Of a stretch of 64,000 nt of DNA, positions 28,987-39,860 are shown one piece after another. Source of the DNA: an uncultured Armatimonadia bacterium (GTDB lineage: Bacteria; Armatimonadota; Zipacnadia; CAVVLO01); the NCBI GenBank assembly GCA_963749155.1, contig CAVVLO010000002.1, positions 416,001 to 480,000 on the forward strand, written 5' to 3'. Position 1 is the stretch's first letter. Every line of letters begins with the position of its first letter. Under the pieces are notes generated by a model. That model was not told where the DNA came from, did no database searches, and saw only the letters and a program-made list of their open reading frames with translations. Made by a program: the position numbers and the translations under genes.

Positions 28987-30121
28987 TTACGAGTACCACC
29001 CGAGCAATCCGGCCAGCTTGCGCGCATAATCTACGAAATTGGGCCAGGAGATGTCTGAAGGCACCCCGTGGTCACAGCTCGGGAGGAAACCTCCCTGGGC
29101 CAGCAGCGGTGGTATCACCCGCCCAAGCTCTGCGTCAAGGACCTCCCCGCCCTTGGCGATAGCGCGTTTGTCGATACCCCCCACATAGCCCATCTTGCGC
29201 CCGAACTGCTCCCTGAAGGCCACGATGTCGTTGTGCGCCGCTACCTCCATCGGGCTGCAGACGTTGATGCCGGCCTCAATCCAGAGGGGGATAAGTTCTC
29301 CAATGAAGCCGTCCGAGTCCATATCCACGACCTGGCCACCCCTGTCCATCACTAGCTCGGTCCACTCGCGCCAACTGGGCAGCAGGAAGCGCCTCGCCAT
29401 AGCCGGCGAGATCATCGAGTGCGCTTTGTAAGCCATATCCTCGCTGATGCCCAGCCTGTCAATCGGGATCTGACAGGTGATGCGCTCAAGCAGTGCAAGC
29501 ACGAAGTCCTTCCAGAAAGCGGGCCATCTCGTCCACGAACTCCGGCTGCTCGATGCACAGTCCGCAAAGGCCCTCGAAGCCGCACCATTCGCGCATCTGC
29601 CAGAAAGGCCCGTTAATCTGGGTGCTGACCAGCAACTGGCTTCGGTCCACCGCTGCGCAGCGCGCCTCGAAGTCCTCAACGAAGCGCCCTGGCGCATCCA
29701 GCTTGTAACGCTCCTTCATCGCTTCCCAGTCGTCCCGGTTCTGCACGGGAAACCGGTGCCACTTGCGCGTCACGAAGTCCTTGGCGCTACGGATATAGGT
29801 GTAATCGAAGCAGTCCGATATCTCGGTAACGGCGCCCATCCAGTCGCGGACGATGTAGTGACCGTCCCGGTGGTCCAGCACCTGCTCTTCGAACTGGGGG
29901 ATCATCCGGGGATCTACCGGCACCCCCCAGTTGCCGCCCGCAAGCGGCTCCAGTTCCATCAGGCGCCAGAGCTCGGAATTCCAGTTGGCTCCCTCGGCAA
30001 GCCCCTGCGTATACCAGGCAGCCAGCGTGGACTCACGCGGCCCCCCAGGTTGCAAGGGGATGCGCTCAGGCCTCCCGAAAGTCATCGTCTCCAGATAGCA
30101 GTCGCGGTAGCCAGCTGCCAT
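28987..30121 (-). CDS. UroD/MtaA-fold protein (frameshift near 29522)
   Basis: N-part in ORF 29486..30580 from MAAGYRD (GPFWQMREWCG); C-part SEDMAYK, DMDSDG, GGIDK, LPSCDHG in ORF 28987..29697. Confidence 0.82.
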
Positions 30122-30129
30122 ATATTCTC

Positions 30130-31203
30130 CTAGTCGTAGCTGCCGAGTTCCTTCGCCAGGTCTACAAAGCGGCGGAAGTCCTCGAGGCTCACGCTGTCCG
30201 GCACCGAGTGGTCGGAGGAGAAGATATATCCGCCGTTCTCCTTGAGCGCGGGCAGCAGGCGGCGCATCTCGGCCTCCATCTGGTCCATATGGTCGTACAG
30301 CACTGCGTTCATCCCGCCGTGCAGCACCAGTTTGTCGCCCCACTCGCGCTTCAGCTTCAGCGGATCCATCCCGGCCTTCACTTCCAGCGGATTGAGCGCG
30401 TCCAGGCCTATCTCCAGCAGGTCCGGCAGCAGTGGTTCCACATACCCGCAGGAATGGAGATGGGCATACATCCCGTGGGAGTGAGCCCATTCGATGGCGC
30501 GCGCCTGCACAGGCTTCAACAGTTCCCGATAGGTCTTCAAAGAGAAGAAAGTATGTTGCTTGTAGCCCATATCGTCGCACCAGAAAATGGAGTCGAACTT
30601 GTAGCCTGCATCAATTATCTGATCCCACAGGTCTATGCAGGTGTCGAGGTAGTGGTTGAAGATATCGAAACACCATTCGGGATCCTCGACCATCGCCATC
30701 AGCAGGCGTTCTGTACCGACTGTCCAGGAATGGGTGACATCGAAGCCAAACCAGAAATGCCCAACCTTCCAGTGGCCTTCTTTCATCCAGACTGGGTAAG
30801 CGGCTTTCAGGCCAGCCCAGTCGACCCGGTCGGGCGAGGCGGTCATCCGCGCCTTGGCCTCGGCCCAGCTCGGGCGGTCTTTGATAGTGAAATCCAGGAA
30901 CTGGGGCGTCGAGGCGGCGTGCTTCCAGGTCTTCATCGTGACCCCGTAAGCGCTCTTGGAGATGACATAGTCGTCGGTTTCTTCAACCACGCCCCCCGGA
31001 TAACGAGGGCTTATGTCTACGCCCAGGCCGGCCATCTTGTCCAACCCGAAGAAATTCTCGTAACCGACCTCGGCGGGCATCCCCTCCCGCTGCCAACGCT
31101 CTATAGTGCTGCCCCAGGGGCCATCAATGATGGGCACCCGGTCGGCGTCTTTATGCTCGAACATCCGCTTGAAGCGTTCGTAACTGGTAAGCTCGGTTGC
31201 CAT
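30130..31203 (-). CDS. UroD/MtaA-fold protein
   Basis: MATELTSYER...DRVP; CDDMG, HLHSCG, NPLE and GGYIFSSDHS motifs; AGGAGG SD. Confidence 0.88.
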   Translation of the reverse strand: MATELTSYERFKRMFEHKDADRVPIIDGPWGSTIERWQREGMPAEVGYENFFGLDKMAGLGVDISPRYPGGVVEETDDYVISKSAYGVTMKTWKHAASTPQFLDFTIKDRPSWAEAKARMTASPDRVDWAGLKAAYPVWMKEGHWKVGHFWFGFDVTHSWTVGTERLLMAMVEDPEWCFDIFNHYLDTCIDLWDQIIDAGYKFDSIFWCDDMGYKQHTFFSLKTYRELLKPVQARAIEWAHSHGMYAHLHSCGYVEPLLPDLLEIGLDALNPLEVKAGMDPLKLKREWGDKLVLHGGMNAVLYDHMDQMEAEMRRLLPALKENGGYIFSSDHSVPDSVSLEDFRRFVDLAKELGSYD

Positions 31204-31234
31204 AGGGCTACCTCCTGTGGTTTCACTGGCCCAT

Positions 31235-31292
31235 ATTTCGCCCTGCAAGCCTTCTTCCTGCACCGGCAGGAGAGCGACCAAGGCCGCGTAAT
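31235..31292. promoter_or_regulatory. Back-to-back sigma-H/ECF-like promoters
   Basis: Minus: GCAGGA-N15-CGAAAT (31261-31235). Plus: GCAGGA-N15-CGTAAT (31266-31292). Confidence 0.6.
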
Positions 31293-31330
31293 ACTGCCGC
31301 AGTAAACTCAAAGAGACAAGAGGGAAGAAA

Positions 31331-32609
31331 ATGAGCGAATTCGAGACCGCTTATCAACACTTGCTGGAATATGCTTTGTCTATTCCCACTGTGGACACCC
31401 ACGAGCATCTGCCCGCCGAGGCGATGCGACTCGGGTACCCGGTCGATTTCACCACGCTGTTTAGTCACTATTGCCGGGGCGACCTGCAGGCCGCTGGGAT
31501 GCCGCCCGCCGACTTGCAGGCCCTGTATGACCAGGCAACTCCCCTGGACAAGAAATGGGCTCTCTTCGAGCCCTGGTATGACCTCATCCAGGACGGCAGC
31601 TATGCGCGCGCAGCGCATATCGCAATGGCGCGTTTCTACGGCTGCGAGCGCCTGACCAGCCTGGCCGACGCCGAGGCAGTATCAGAAGCCCTCCAGGCGA
31701 ACAATACGCCTGGCCTCTACCGCCGCGTCCTGAAGGAAGCCTGTGGCATCGTAAAATCTATGAACTTCGGCTCACTGGACGATGATCCAGAATACTTCGC
31801 GCCTGTCATCAATATCAATCACTACGCCGAAGCCTCGCCGCAGACGTTGAAGGGGCTGGAAGCCAAATATAATCGCGACCTGGCGCGCCTCGACCTTTAC
31901 CTTGAAGCCCTCCACGCCGACCTGGTCGAGTTCAAGGGCAAGGGGATGAAGGGCATCAAGACCCACTGCGCCTATATGCGCGACCTCCACTTCGCCCCGC
32001 ATACCCAGGCCGAGGCCGAGGGCTGTCTTCAACCGTATCGTGGAGGAAGGCTACGGCTGGCGCTTCACCGCAATCGGCTATGAAGAGGCCCGCCCCCTGC
32101 AGGATTTCATCGTCCACCGGATGGCCGAATGGGCTGCAGAACTCGAGATACCCTTCGTCATCCATTCAGCCCTGCAGGCCGACATCCGCCACAAAGAGGA
32201 CAACGCCAAGCCGCTGCGGCTATGGAACCTGATAGAACGCTATCGCCACACCGACTTTGTCCTCCTCCACTCGGGCCTGCCGTGGATGGAAGAAGCCTGC
32301 CTGCTGGCTAAACACTACGACAACGTCTATCTCGATATGGCCTGGGACCACATAATGAGCCCCGAACTCTCCACCCGCGCCGTCCGCTACTTCGTGGACC
32401 TCGTGCCCAGGAACAAGGTGTTCGGTTTCGGCGGCGATTTCGGTGTCGTGGAGAAAGTTTTCGGCCATCTCACAATGGCCCGAGAGGACCTTTCCCGCGC
32501 TTTGGCCCACAAAGTGACCGCCGAAGGGATGCCCCTTGCGCGCGCCGAAAGCTGGCTTACGGCTATGCTGCACGATAATCCTGCCCATGTCTTCCATCTG
32601 GAGGTCTAG
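31331..32609 (+). CDS. Amidohydrolase-fold protein (uronate-isomerase-like; frameshift near 32021)
   Basis: VDTHEH, VIHS, LLHSG and FGFGGD motifs; the two ORFs join on removing one G. Confidence 0.82.
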
Positions 32610-32611
32610 CC

Positions 32612-34369
32612 TTGCGTTGCTTGCTAATGTGGACTGCACTCTTCTCACTAGTTATGGGAGGGTTGGCTATGAGCGCGCCTGCCTGGGATAACTACTCTGA
32701 CACCTGGGTCGCCACCGATGACCTGGGCCGGGTTACTCCGACCGCGAGCGAGGTTGGTCAGCCGCGCACTGACCGCTTCATCGGGATGTTCTACTTCCTG
32801 TGGATGACGCCCGACCTTGGTGGTCCTTACGATGTGACAAAGATCGTCGCGGCCAATCCAGGCGCGATGGAGAATCCTGAAAGCCCGCCCTGGGGGCCGA
32901 TGCACGCCTTCCACTTTTGGTCGGAGCCCTTGTTCGGTTATTATCGCTCGGACGACCCCTGGGTGCTGCGCAAGCATGCCCAGCAGCTCTCTGATGCCGG
33001 CGTGGATGTCGTCATCTTCGATGTGACTAACCAGATCACCTATCCCCAGAGCTATGAGGCCCTCTGCAAGGCCTGGTCCGAGGCGCGCGCCGAGGGCAAC
33101 CGGACGCCTGGCATCGCCTTCCTCACGCCTTTTGGAGATCCTCACAATGTGGTAAATCGCCTGTGGGAGGACCTCTACTCCAAAGGGCTGTGGAAAGACC
33201 TCTGGTTCGAGTGGAAGGGCAAGCCGCTGATAATGGCCGACCCCGCCAAGGTGGACCCGGCCCACGCCGACTTCTTCACCTTCCGCAAGCCAATACCCAG
33301 CTATTTCACTGGACCGGAAGGGCCTGACAACTGGGGCTGGCTGGAAGTCTATCCCCAGCACGTCTTCCCGAACAGCGCTGGCGAAGCCGAACAGATGACC
33401 GTGGGCGCTGCCCAGAATGCGGTGGGAGACCGTATTGGAACCCTCTCGATGAAGAACTCACGCGGTCGCAGCTTCCATAGCGGCACCTGGGCAACCGAAC
33501 CAGGCGCTGTAAACAAAGGCTACAACTTCGCCGAGCAGGCCGCCCGCGCTCTGGAGGTCGATCCCCAGTTCGTGTTCGTCACCGGCTGGAACGAGTGGAT
33601 CGCGATGCGTTTCAACGAGTTCGCAGGCTTCCGCGAGCCGGTGATGTTCGTGGATACCTGTGACCAGGAGGGCAGTCGCGACCTCGAGCCGATGCTCGGG
33701 GGCCATCAGGATAATTACTATTATCAGTTCGTCGATTTCGCCCGGCGCTACAAGGGCGCCCGCCCCCAGCCACCCGCCGGCCCGCAGGTGACTATCAAGC
33801 TGGATTCTGACTTTGCTCAGTGGCAGGCGATCACGCACTCCTACCGGGACAACCTGGGCGACGTGAAGCACCGCGACTTCCCGGGCATCGGGTCGATTGG
33901 CAATTACGTGAACACGACCGGCCGCAATGATATCGTCGAGTCGAAAGTCGCGCGCGATGCGGCCAACCTCTACTTCTGGGCGCGGACGAGGGAGCCCCTT
34001 TCACCGCGCACCGACAGCAACTGGATGGTGCTCTACCTCAACGTGGACGGCGATGCGACCACGGGCTGGCATGGCTATGACTTCGTGGTCAACCGGCGCG
34101 GCGTCAGGCAGACCACCACCGGCCTCGAGCGTTGCCGGGGCGGCTGGGACTGGCAGCCCCTTGCCGAAGTGCCGCTGCGCGTCGAGGGCGACCAGCTAAT
34201 GCTCTCGGTTCCACGCAAGCTGCTTGGGCTGGATACAAGCAAGCCGCTTTCCCTGCAGTTCAAATGGCATGACAATATGCAAGTCGACGGCGATATTATG
34301 GAGTTCACCGTGAGCGGCGACGCCGCTCCGAATGATCGTTTTAATTACCTCTACTGGGAGGAGAAGTAA
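32612..34369 (+). CDS. Secreted GH99/GH71-like glycoside hydrolase
   Basis: Signal peptide; MFYFLW, GYYRSDD...RKHA...DAGVD, TGWNEW and SRDLEP motifs; C-terminal beta-sandwich. Confidence 0.65.
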   Translation: MRCLLMWTALFSLVMGGLAMSAPAWDNYSDTWVATDDLGRVTPTASEVGQPRTDRFIGMFYFLWMTPDLGGPYDVTKIVAANPGAMENPESPPWGPMHAFHFWSEPLFGYYRSDDPWVLRKHAQQLSDAGVDVVIFDVTNQITYPQSYEALCKAWSEARAEGNRTPGIAFLTPFGDPHNVVNRLWEDLYSKGLWKDLWFEWKGKPLIMADPAKVDPAHADFFTFRKPIPSYFTGPEGPDNWGWLEVYPQHVFPNSAGEAEQMTVGAAQNAVGDRIGTLSMKNSRGRSFHSGTWATEPGAVNKGYNFAEQAARALEVDPQFVFVTGWNEWIAMRFNEFAGFREPVMFVDTCDQEGSRDLEPMLGGHQDNYYYQFVDFARRYKGARPQPPAGPQVTIKLDSDFAQWQAITHSYRDNLGDVKHRDFPGIGSIGNYVNTTGRNDIVESKVARDAANLYFWARTREPLSPRTDSNWMVLYLNVDGDATTGWHGYDFVVNRRGVRQTTTGLERCRGGWDWQPLAEVPLRVEGDQLMLSVPRKLLGLDTSKPLSLQFKWHDNMQVDGDIMEFTVSGDAAPNDRFNYLYWEEK

Positions 34370-34370
34370 G

Positions 34371-35612
34371 ATGGCAAAGCCAATCAGGCTCGGTGTTTTC
34401 GGTGGAAGCAGGGGGATGTCGTTCGGTCAGAACGGCGTAAATCTGGGGATGGAGGTCGTCGCGGTCTGTGACAACTGGGAGGAGCGGGCAAATAATGCCG
34501 CTGGCGCCTTCGGAGCGACCGCTTACACGGATTTCGACAAGTTTCTGGAGCACGATTTCGATGCGTTGATTCTCGCAAACTTCTTCCACCAGCACGCCCC
34601 CTATGCCATCAAGGCCCTCGATGCGGGTCGCCACGTTATCAGCGAGTGCATCGCCTGTAAGACGCTCGGGGAGGGCGTAGAACTCGCCCGGGCCGTCGAG
34701 CGGTCGGGCAAAATCTATTTCTTCGCGGAGAACTACGCCTATTTCACCTACTGCCAGGAGATGCGCCGGCTTTATCAGGCCGGCGAGATAGGCGAATTCC
34801 AGTATGCCGAGGGCGAATATAACCATCCCATCGACGCCCATGGGTGCAATCAGCTCTCGCCAGGCGTCAACCACTGGCGCAACTGGATCCCGCCCACCTA
34901 TTACAGCACCCATGCGATGTCGCCCCTGATGTATGCGACCGACACGAGGCCTGTCAGCCTCAACTCGCAGTCCATCACCGTCGCGGAGGGCGACACGCGG
35001 CGCAAGATGACCGCAAGGCACAGTGACCTCGGCTTCTGCACGATTATCCGGATGGACAACGGCGGGCTGGTGCGGCTGATGGGCCTCGGCCTCGCCGGTC
35101 ATAGCATCTGGTATCGCATCCACGGCACGCACGGCCTGATGGAGAACCTCCGCACGGGCGACCAGAACCAGCTACGCATCGTCCACGAGGCCTGGGACAT
35201 CGAGGGAGACCAGGTACCAGAGCGTATCTACTCGCCCGAGGTGCCTGTCGCGCCGGACCTGGTGGCCAAGGCCGGCCACGGCGGGGGCGACTTCTTCACG
35301 ATGTATTATTTCAAGGAGGCCATCGAGACAGGCCAGCAGCCGTGGATGAACGTCTATCGCGGCCTTGATATGACCTTCGTTGGCATCCAGGCCTGGCGCT
35401 CTTGCCTGGCGAAGGGCGCGCCGGTGGAGGTGCCCGACTTCAGCAAGGAAGAAGTGCGTAAGCAGTACGAGGGCGACAACTGGTCTCCGATGCCCGAGGA
35501 CGCCGGCCCAGGCCAGCCCTTCAGCAGCATCAAGGGGAAGCTGGACCCCTCCCCCGAAGGCCTTGCCTATGCCCGCCAGGTGTGGGACGAGATGGGCTAC
35601 AAAGGGGAATAA
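34371..35612 (+). CDS. Gfo/Idh/MocA oxidoreductase
   Basis: Rossmann N-terminus; HVISEC, AENY, EGEYNH, YSTH and GHGGGD motifs (GH109-like subgroup). Confidence 0.88.
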   Translation: MAKPIRLGVFGGSRGMSFGQNGVNLGMEVVAVCDNWEERANNAAGAFGATAYTDFDKFLEHDFDALILANFFHQHAPYAIKALDAGRHVISECIACKTLGEGVELARAVERSGKIYFFAENYAYFTYCQEMRRLYQAGEIGEFQYAEGEYNHPIDAHGCNQLSPGVNHWRNWIPPTYYSTHAMSPLMYATDTRPVSLNSQSITVAEGDTRRKMTARHSDLGFCTIIRMDNGGLVRLMGLGLAGHSIWYRIHGTHGLMENLRTGDQNQLRIVHEAWDIEGDQVPERIYSPEVPVAPDLVAKAGHGGGDFFTMYYFKEAIETGQQPWMNVYRGLDMTFVGIQAWRSCLAKGAPVEVPDFSKEEVRKQYEGDNWSPMPEDAGPGQPFSSIKGKLDPSPEGLAYARQVWDEMGYKGE

Positions 35613-35625
35613 CGCCTCTCATAAG

Positions 35626-35668
35626 GACAAAACAAACCGGGAGCCGACCTTCGGCTCCCGGTTTTGTC
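35626..35668. terminator. Bidirectional rho-independent terminator
   Basis: AAACCGGGAGCCGA-cct-TCGGCTCCCGGTTT between convergent genes. Confidence 0.88.
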
Positions 35669-35678
35669 TGCCAGGTAT

Positions 35679-37610
35679 CTAGCGCAGCTTGAATTTGACC
35701 GTATAGTCCCACTCCTGCCCCTCGGAGACCTCTCCGGTGAAGGGTTGCAGGCCAAGGAGGAAGCCCGGGGCGTTCCAGAAACGCTCATCCACGAGCCAGG
35801 CCTCTCCCGAGAAGGCGACTTCCAGCTCGAGGCCCGAGGCTGTCGTCAATTTCACCTTGCGGAAGTCCTCTGCCAGTTGCGGCGGGTCGGCCAGCACCTT
35901 CGAGAAGCTGCCCTCCTGGCCCCCAGCCTGCCACGTCCCGCCCGCCCAGGTGGCCGGGGGCAGGGTCAGGCGCTCGCGCCAGGAGAAGATTGTGCCCGCT
36001 GAGAGGGCTTTCCAGTGGCATTGCAGCGTGAGGTCGTTCTCCTTCACCGTCAGCCGCTTGGTGTAGGCGAGGCGGAAATCATCGAGCACGCGCTGCCCCT
36101 CCATCACGAGCGTCCTGGAGCCCTCCAGCCGCAGCGAGGCGTTTTCGATGGCGAAGTCGCGCCATTTTTCATTGGCCGCAAGCTGGGTGCGCAGTGGCTC
36201 TACCAGTACTTCATCGCCCACCTGCCAGCGCGCAAGCCGCCCATCAACCTTCCAAAGCTGGTAACCCGCCTCGCCCAGTCGCACCAGCGCCATATCGCCG
36301 CGCAAAAGGATAGGCTCCGGCCCTTCGGCAGTCAGCGTCGGGCTGAGTACAGGCAGGTTGCCTTCGCGCTCCGCCTCGCGCGTGTAGAGCAACAGTCGGC
36401 CATCCTGAGCAGGAATAAGGAATTCGCGCCCTACCTGCTGGCTGCTGACATCCAGTCGCCGCCCGTGCATCGTAAGCCGGACATCGAGGGGAGTCGGATT
36501 TAACACTACCGTCCCGCCCTCAAATTCGCGCGACCAGGTACCCTCGGGTTGCTTCTCGGCAGGCCCCTTCGGCCAGCCCAGCGGCGCATCGTATTCGGGA
36601 TACCACCACCGCTGGCCGCGCCAGCGCGTGTGCATGTCATAACCGAAATAACCATCGCCCATCAGCGTCGTCGCGAGGCCAAAACGCATCCGCGGCAGAA
36701 GCACTCGACCGCGCTCGAGCAGTGCGTTCCGGCCTGCTTCGTCCAGTGACTTCCAGGCATCAAAGGGGGGCTCGATGGCCGAACTGCTGACGAAAGCTGT
36801 CATAGTCGGCTGATGCGGGGTATTCGTCCAGTAGAGATAATCCTCCAGTACGCCCTCCCAGCCCCAATTGCCGTCCAGCACATAATCCAGGTAGTCTTCC
36901 AGCAGGATGCCGTTGAGCGCCCCGTAAGTGTCGCGCCCGCCCTGGTTATCCATAAAGGGCATATCCGGCCCAAGCTCGGCTCGCACCCTGTCGGCAACCT
37001 GCCGCTTGGCCTCGCGCCAGGCCTCGTCCAGCCAGCCGCGCTCATCGGCCACGCCGTCTTCGTTGGCGTCCACTTCATAAGCCTCGCCAGTCTCTATGTT
37101 GCACGCCCAGGTGTCGAAACTCGGCCCCATGCAGTCGATGAACACGCCATCATAGCCGCGCTCCCTCACCGACCGGGCGCACTGGGCGACAATCCAGTCC
37201 AGCACTTCAGGCCTGGTCAGATTTATCATCCGGGTGCCCGGCCAGCCGTCAAGGAAACGCCCATCTGGCTGTTTAAGCCAGCCACTCTGAGGGAAAGTCG
37301 TATCCTCCGGAAAGGCATAGGGCGCCGAACAGGAGAAGTCCAGGATGATGAGATCCGGATTGAGTTCATGCAGGCGGGTCATCTTCTCCTTCAGCAACCG
37401 CGCTTGCTCTGGATCAGCCCAGTTGCACCACAAGCCGCCAATCATCAGGTCCCACTTGGCTGCCTCGGCCAGGTCCGCTTCATCACTCCAGGGGGTCACC
37501 TGGATGCCATAACAGTTGGCGATGCGCGGGAAGGCCGGCCCCCGGCGCTCTGCCGCGAAGGCGTAAAGAGTAAGCAGTATTAGCCCAACCGCAAGTAGTC
37601 GCTCCATCAT
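35679..37610 (-). CDS. Secreted putative glycoside hydrolase (GHL15-like) with C-terminal beta domain
   Basis: Signal peptide; YDGVFID, RFGLATTLMGDGYF, WYPEYDAPLG and WSREFEGG motifs. Confidence 0.7.
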   Translation of the reverse strand: MMERLLAVGLILLTLYAFAAERRGPAFPRIANCYGIQVTPWSDEADLAEAAKWDLMIGGLWCNWADPEQARLLKEKMTRLHELNPDLIILDFSCSAPYAFPEDTTFPQSGWLKQPDGRFLDGWPGTRMINLTRPEVLDWIVAQCARSVRERGYDGVFIDCMGPSFDTWACNIETGEAYEVDANEDGVADERGWLDEAWREAKRQVADRVRAELGPDMPFMDNQGGRDTYGALNGILLEDYLDYVLDGNWGWEGVLEDYLYWTNTPHQPTMTAFVSSSAIEPPFDAWKSLDEAGRNALLERGRVLLPRMRFGLATTLMGDGYFGYDMHTRWRGQRWWYPEYDAPLGWPKGPAEKQPEGTWSREFEGGTVVLNPTPLDVRLTMHGRRLDVSSQQVGREFLIPAQDGRLLLYTREAEREGNLPVLSPTLTAEGPEPILLRGDMALVRLGEAGYQLWKVDGRLARWQVGDEVLVEPLRTQLAANEKWRDFAIENASLRLEGSRTLVMEGQRVLDDFRLAYTKRLTVKENDLTLQCHWKALSAGTIFSWRERLTLPPATWAGGTWQAGGQEGSFSKVLADPPQLAEDFRKVKLTTASGLELEVAFSGEAWLVDERFWNAPGFLLGLQPFTGEVSEGQEWDYTVKFKLR

Positions 37611-37630
37611 TGCCCCTCTCCTCCGGTTTC

Positions 37631-39706
37631 TCACCGGTATTGGTACAGTTCAGCGCCCACTTCACTAACGGCTTCGACCAACTCGATGTACGGCATGTCG
37701 GCGATGTCTACGAAACCGACATTGTAGTTCTCCCCGTCCAGCGGTCGCCCGGTGGTGTGTTCATCTCGAAACTTGAACCAATGGCAGCCGACGAACTGGG
37801 GATGCCGCAAGGCGCCCTGCACATATTCTTTATACGCGTCGGCCCTGCCCTGCTGGTCAGCCACCTCGACCAGCCCCGGATGGAATAGCCCTCTGTCCAG
37901 CGAGCCGAAGTGGAACTCTCCAATGATAAGCGGCACGTCTGCCTCCACCGGCAACTCAAAGTCCGCGACCGAGTGGCGATAGAGGTTGTAGCTGACGATG
38001 TCGCAGTAATCCACTGCGGCGGCGACAGCCAGTGGATTCGCCCAGGCGAACCGGCAACCGAGGTAGAGCTGGTCCGGCGCGACGGCTTTCACCTCCTGGC
38101 GTATCTGGCGGAAGTATTCGCGCGCCGTGCGCGAGGAGAAAGCCTGAAGGTCTGCCTCGGCCTTCTGCCGGTCAGGCAGGCTGGTGCTTGCAAGCAGTCC
38201 TTCCCAGGAAGGATAGGCCGTGTTCCACTGGGCATTGAGCGCCTCGATGGTCTTGTACTTCGATTGCAGGTCTTCGGCGAAAGCCCGCTTGGCCGGCTGG
38301 TCGGCCGGGGAGGCCAGGGCCGCGAGTGCCAGGCTTGCTTCATCTCCCCAGGCAATCTCGTTGTCCACAAAATACCCGAGGCACCAGGGGTCGCCGGCGC
38401 TCTGGCCCACTTCCCTCTGCATCGCTTCCCGGATAGAGGCGCTAAAACTTGGGTCGAACACATCGCGGAACTTGCCCCAGTAGCCTTCACTGCCTTCGAG
38501 CATCCGCCCGCCGAAGTAGATAGTCGCAACATAGGGTGTCTTGCGCTGGCGGAAGACCTCCGGCTGCGACCAGTTGCCGATGGTGTTGAGCCCCCAACTA
38601 CGCAACCGCTGGTGCGTGACGGCGTTGAAGTGTTCCTGCCAGTCGTCGCCGTACTTGAGCGCCAGGTTAGCCGCGCCGAAGTCGAAGCTCCAAACATTGC
38701 GCCCCGCCCATGGCCCCATCAGGCACCAGTTAGGCCCGTAAAACTGTCCGCGAGGATCGCCCTCCTCAGGGGGCACATCCACAAACCAGCCCTCCCGGTC
38801 TTCCACGGGCGTTGAATCACCCCAACTGCCCACACAGTCCACCCCGTGCGACCAGAAGAGATGGCCCAGTGGGTCCACCAGCCACCATTTGCCGTGGTAT
38901 TTCGTCACGCGGAAGAACCCCTTCGGCGCAAGCTGCGGCCCAGCCGCCCAGCCTCCATATTCGTCCCAGTCAGTTGGCCCTGGCGCTTTGGTGAGGGCCT
39001 TTGCTTCCACCTGGGCGCGCTGGCGCAGTTCTTCCTCGCTGTGGGTCTTGCCCGGCCAGTCAGCGTGAATATGCTGCCCAAACTTGTCAATAAAGGGCAG
39101 GAAGCCTCCCTCTGGCTCCAGTGATCGCCACTCGCCCTCTGCCCTGATCGGGCCTAGCTCAAAGGCGCAGTCCTCGGTCGGCTGAGCCACAAAAAGCAGC
39201 AATTGGGTCACCTTGGCGGGGTCGAACTCCGTGCCTTGCCTCTCTCCGCCCGGCGAGCCGCGCATCCCCAGGAAGTCAATTGGCTTGCCTGCAGTATCGA
39301 GGAGCGGATGCGGCATCGGGGCGACGAGAGTGCCCTTCTCGCCAGGCCCAAGCTCGATGGGGAGCTGCATGCAGTGGTGCTGGCCGTCCGCGCCGGGGTT
39401 GTCTACCCGGATGAACAGGCTGGCGCGCTTTGGGCCTACATTCTTCACAAGCAACTCGACACGCGTCCACATGGAGAGATCCCAATGCCCCTCTGGGGCT
39501 GGCAGCACGCAGCCTGGCCAGTCGGTCTCATGGCCTGTCTCCAGCCTCAGCCTCGGCGCTTCAGACGTCCCAGCCAGGCTCACCCTCGCGCCGAAGACTG
39601 TTACCGCCATCGCCTCGAAGGGCGGCTTGAAGTCATAGAGCGTCTGCGCTGCCATCGAGGTACCCCCTGCAAGCAACATCACGATCCATAACAAAATCGA
39701 GCGCAT
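37631..39706 (-). CDS. GH50 beta-agarase-like glycoside hydrolase
   Basis: IDKFGQ...WPGK, GKWWLVDP, WGLNTIGNWS, FVDNE, IIGEFHFG and DGENYNVG motifs; signal peptide. Confidence 0.85.
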   Translation of the reverse strand: MRSILLWIVMLLAGGTSMAAQTLYDFKPPFEAMAVTVFGARVSLAGTSEAPRLRLETGHETDWPGCVLPAPEGHWDLSMWTRVELLVKNVGPKRASLFIRVDNPGADGQHHCMQLPIELGPGEKGTLVAPMPHPLLDTAGKPIDFLGMRGSPGGERQGTEFDPAKVTQLLLFVAQPTEDCAFELGPIRAEGEWRSLEPEGGFLPFIDKFGQHIHADWPGKTHSEEELRQRAQVEAKALTKAPGPTDWDEYGGWAAGPQLAPKGFFRVTKYHGKWWLVDPLGHLFWSHGVDCVGSWGDSTPVEDREGWFVDVPPEEGDPRGQFYGPNWCLMGPWAGRNVWSFDFGAANLALKYGDDWQEHFNAVTHQRLRSWGLNTIGNWSQPEVFRQRKTPYVATIYFGGRMLEGSEGYWGKFRDVFDPSFSASIREAMQREVGQSAGDPWCLGYFVDNEIAWGDEASLALAALASPADQPAKRAFAEDLQSKYKTIEALNAQWNTAYPSWEGLLASTSLPDRQKAEADLQAFSSRTAREYFRQIRQEVKAVAPDQLYLGCRFAWANPLAVAAAVDYCDIVSYNLYRHSVADFELPVEADVPLIIGEFHFGSLDRGLFHPGLVEVADQQGRADAYKEYVQGALRHPQFVGCHWFKFRDEHTTGRPLDGENYNVGFVDIADMPYIELVEAVSEVGAELYQYR

Positions 39707-39757
39707 CGCGTCCTCCTAGTTACCACCCAGCTGGCGACCAGAGCAACCGTTCTCGGG

Positions 39758-39817
39758 ATTTCGATGCGGCTGGTGCTGGGCCTGCAAGCAGGGACGGGTT
39801 GCTGACTGGTGTATACT
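39758..39817. promoter_or_regulatory. Back-to-back promoters with the GCAGG motif
   Basis: Minus: GCAGGC-N16-CGAAAT (39785-39758). Plus: GCAGGG-N16-TGTATACT (39788-39817). Confidence 0.55.
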
Positions 39818-39860
39818 TGGTGTTCGCTAGTACTTTGGCGTCCAATCCCAATCCTATAAG

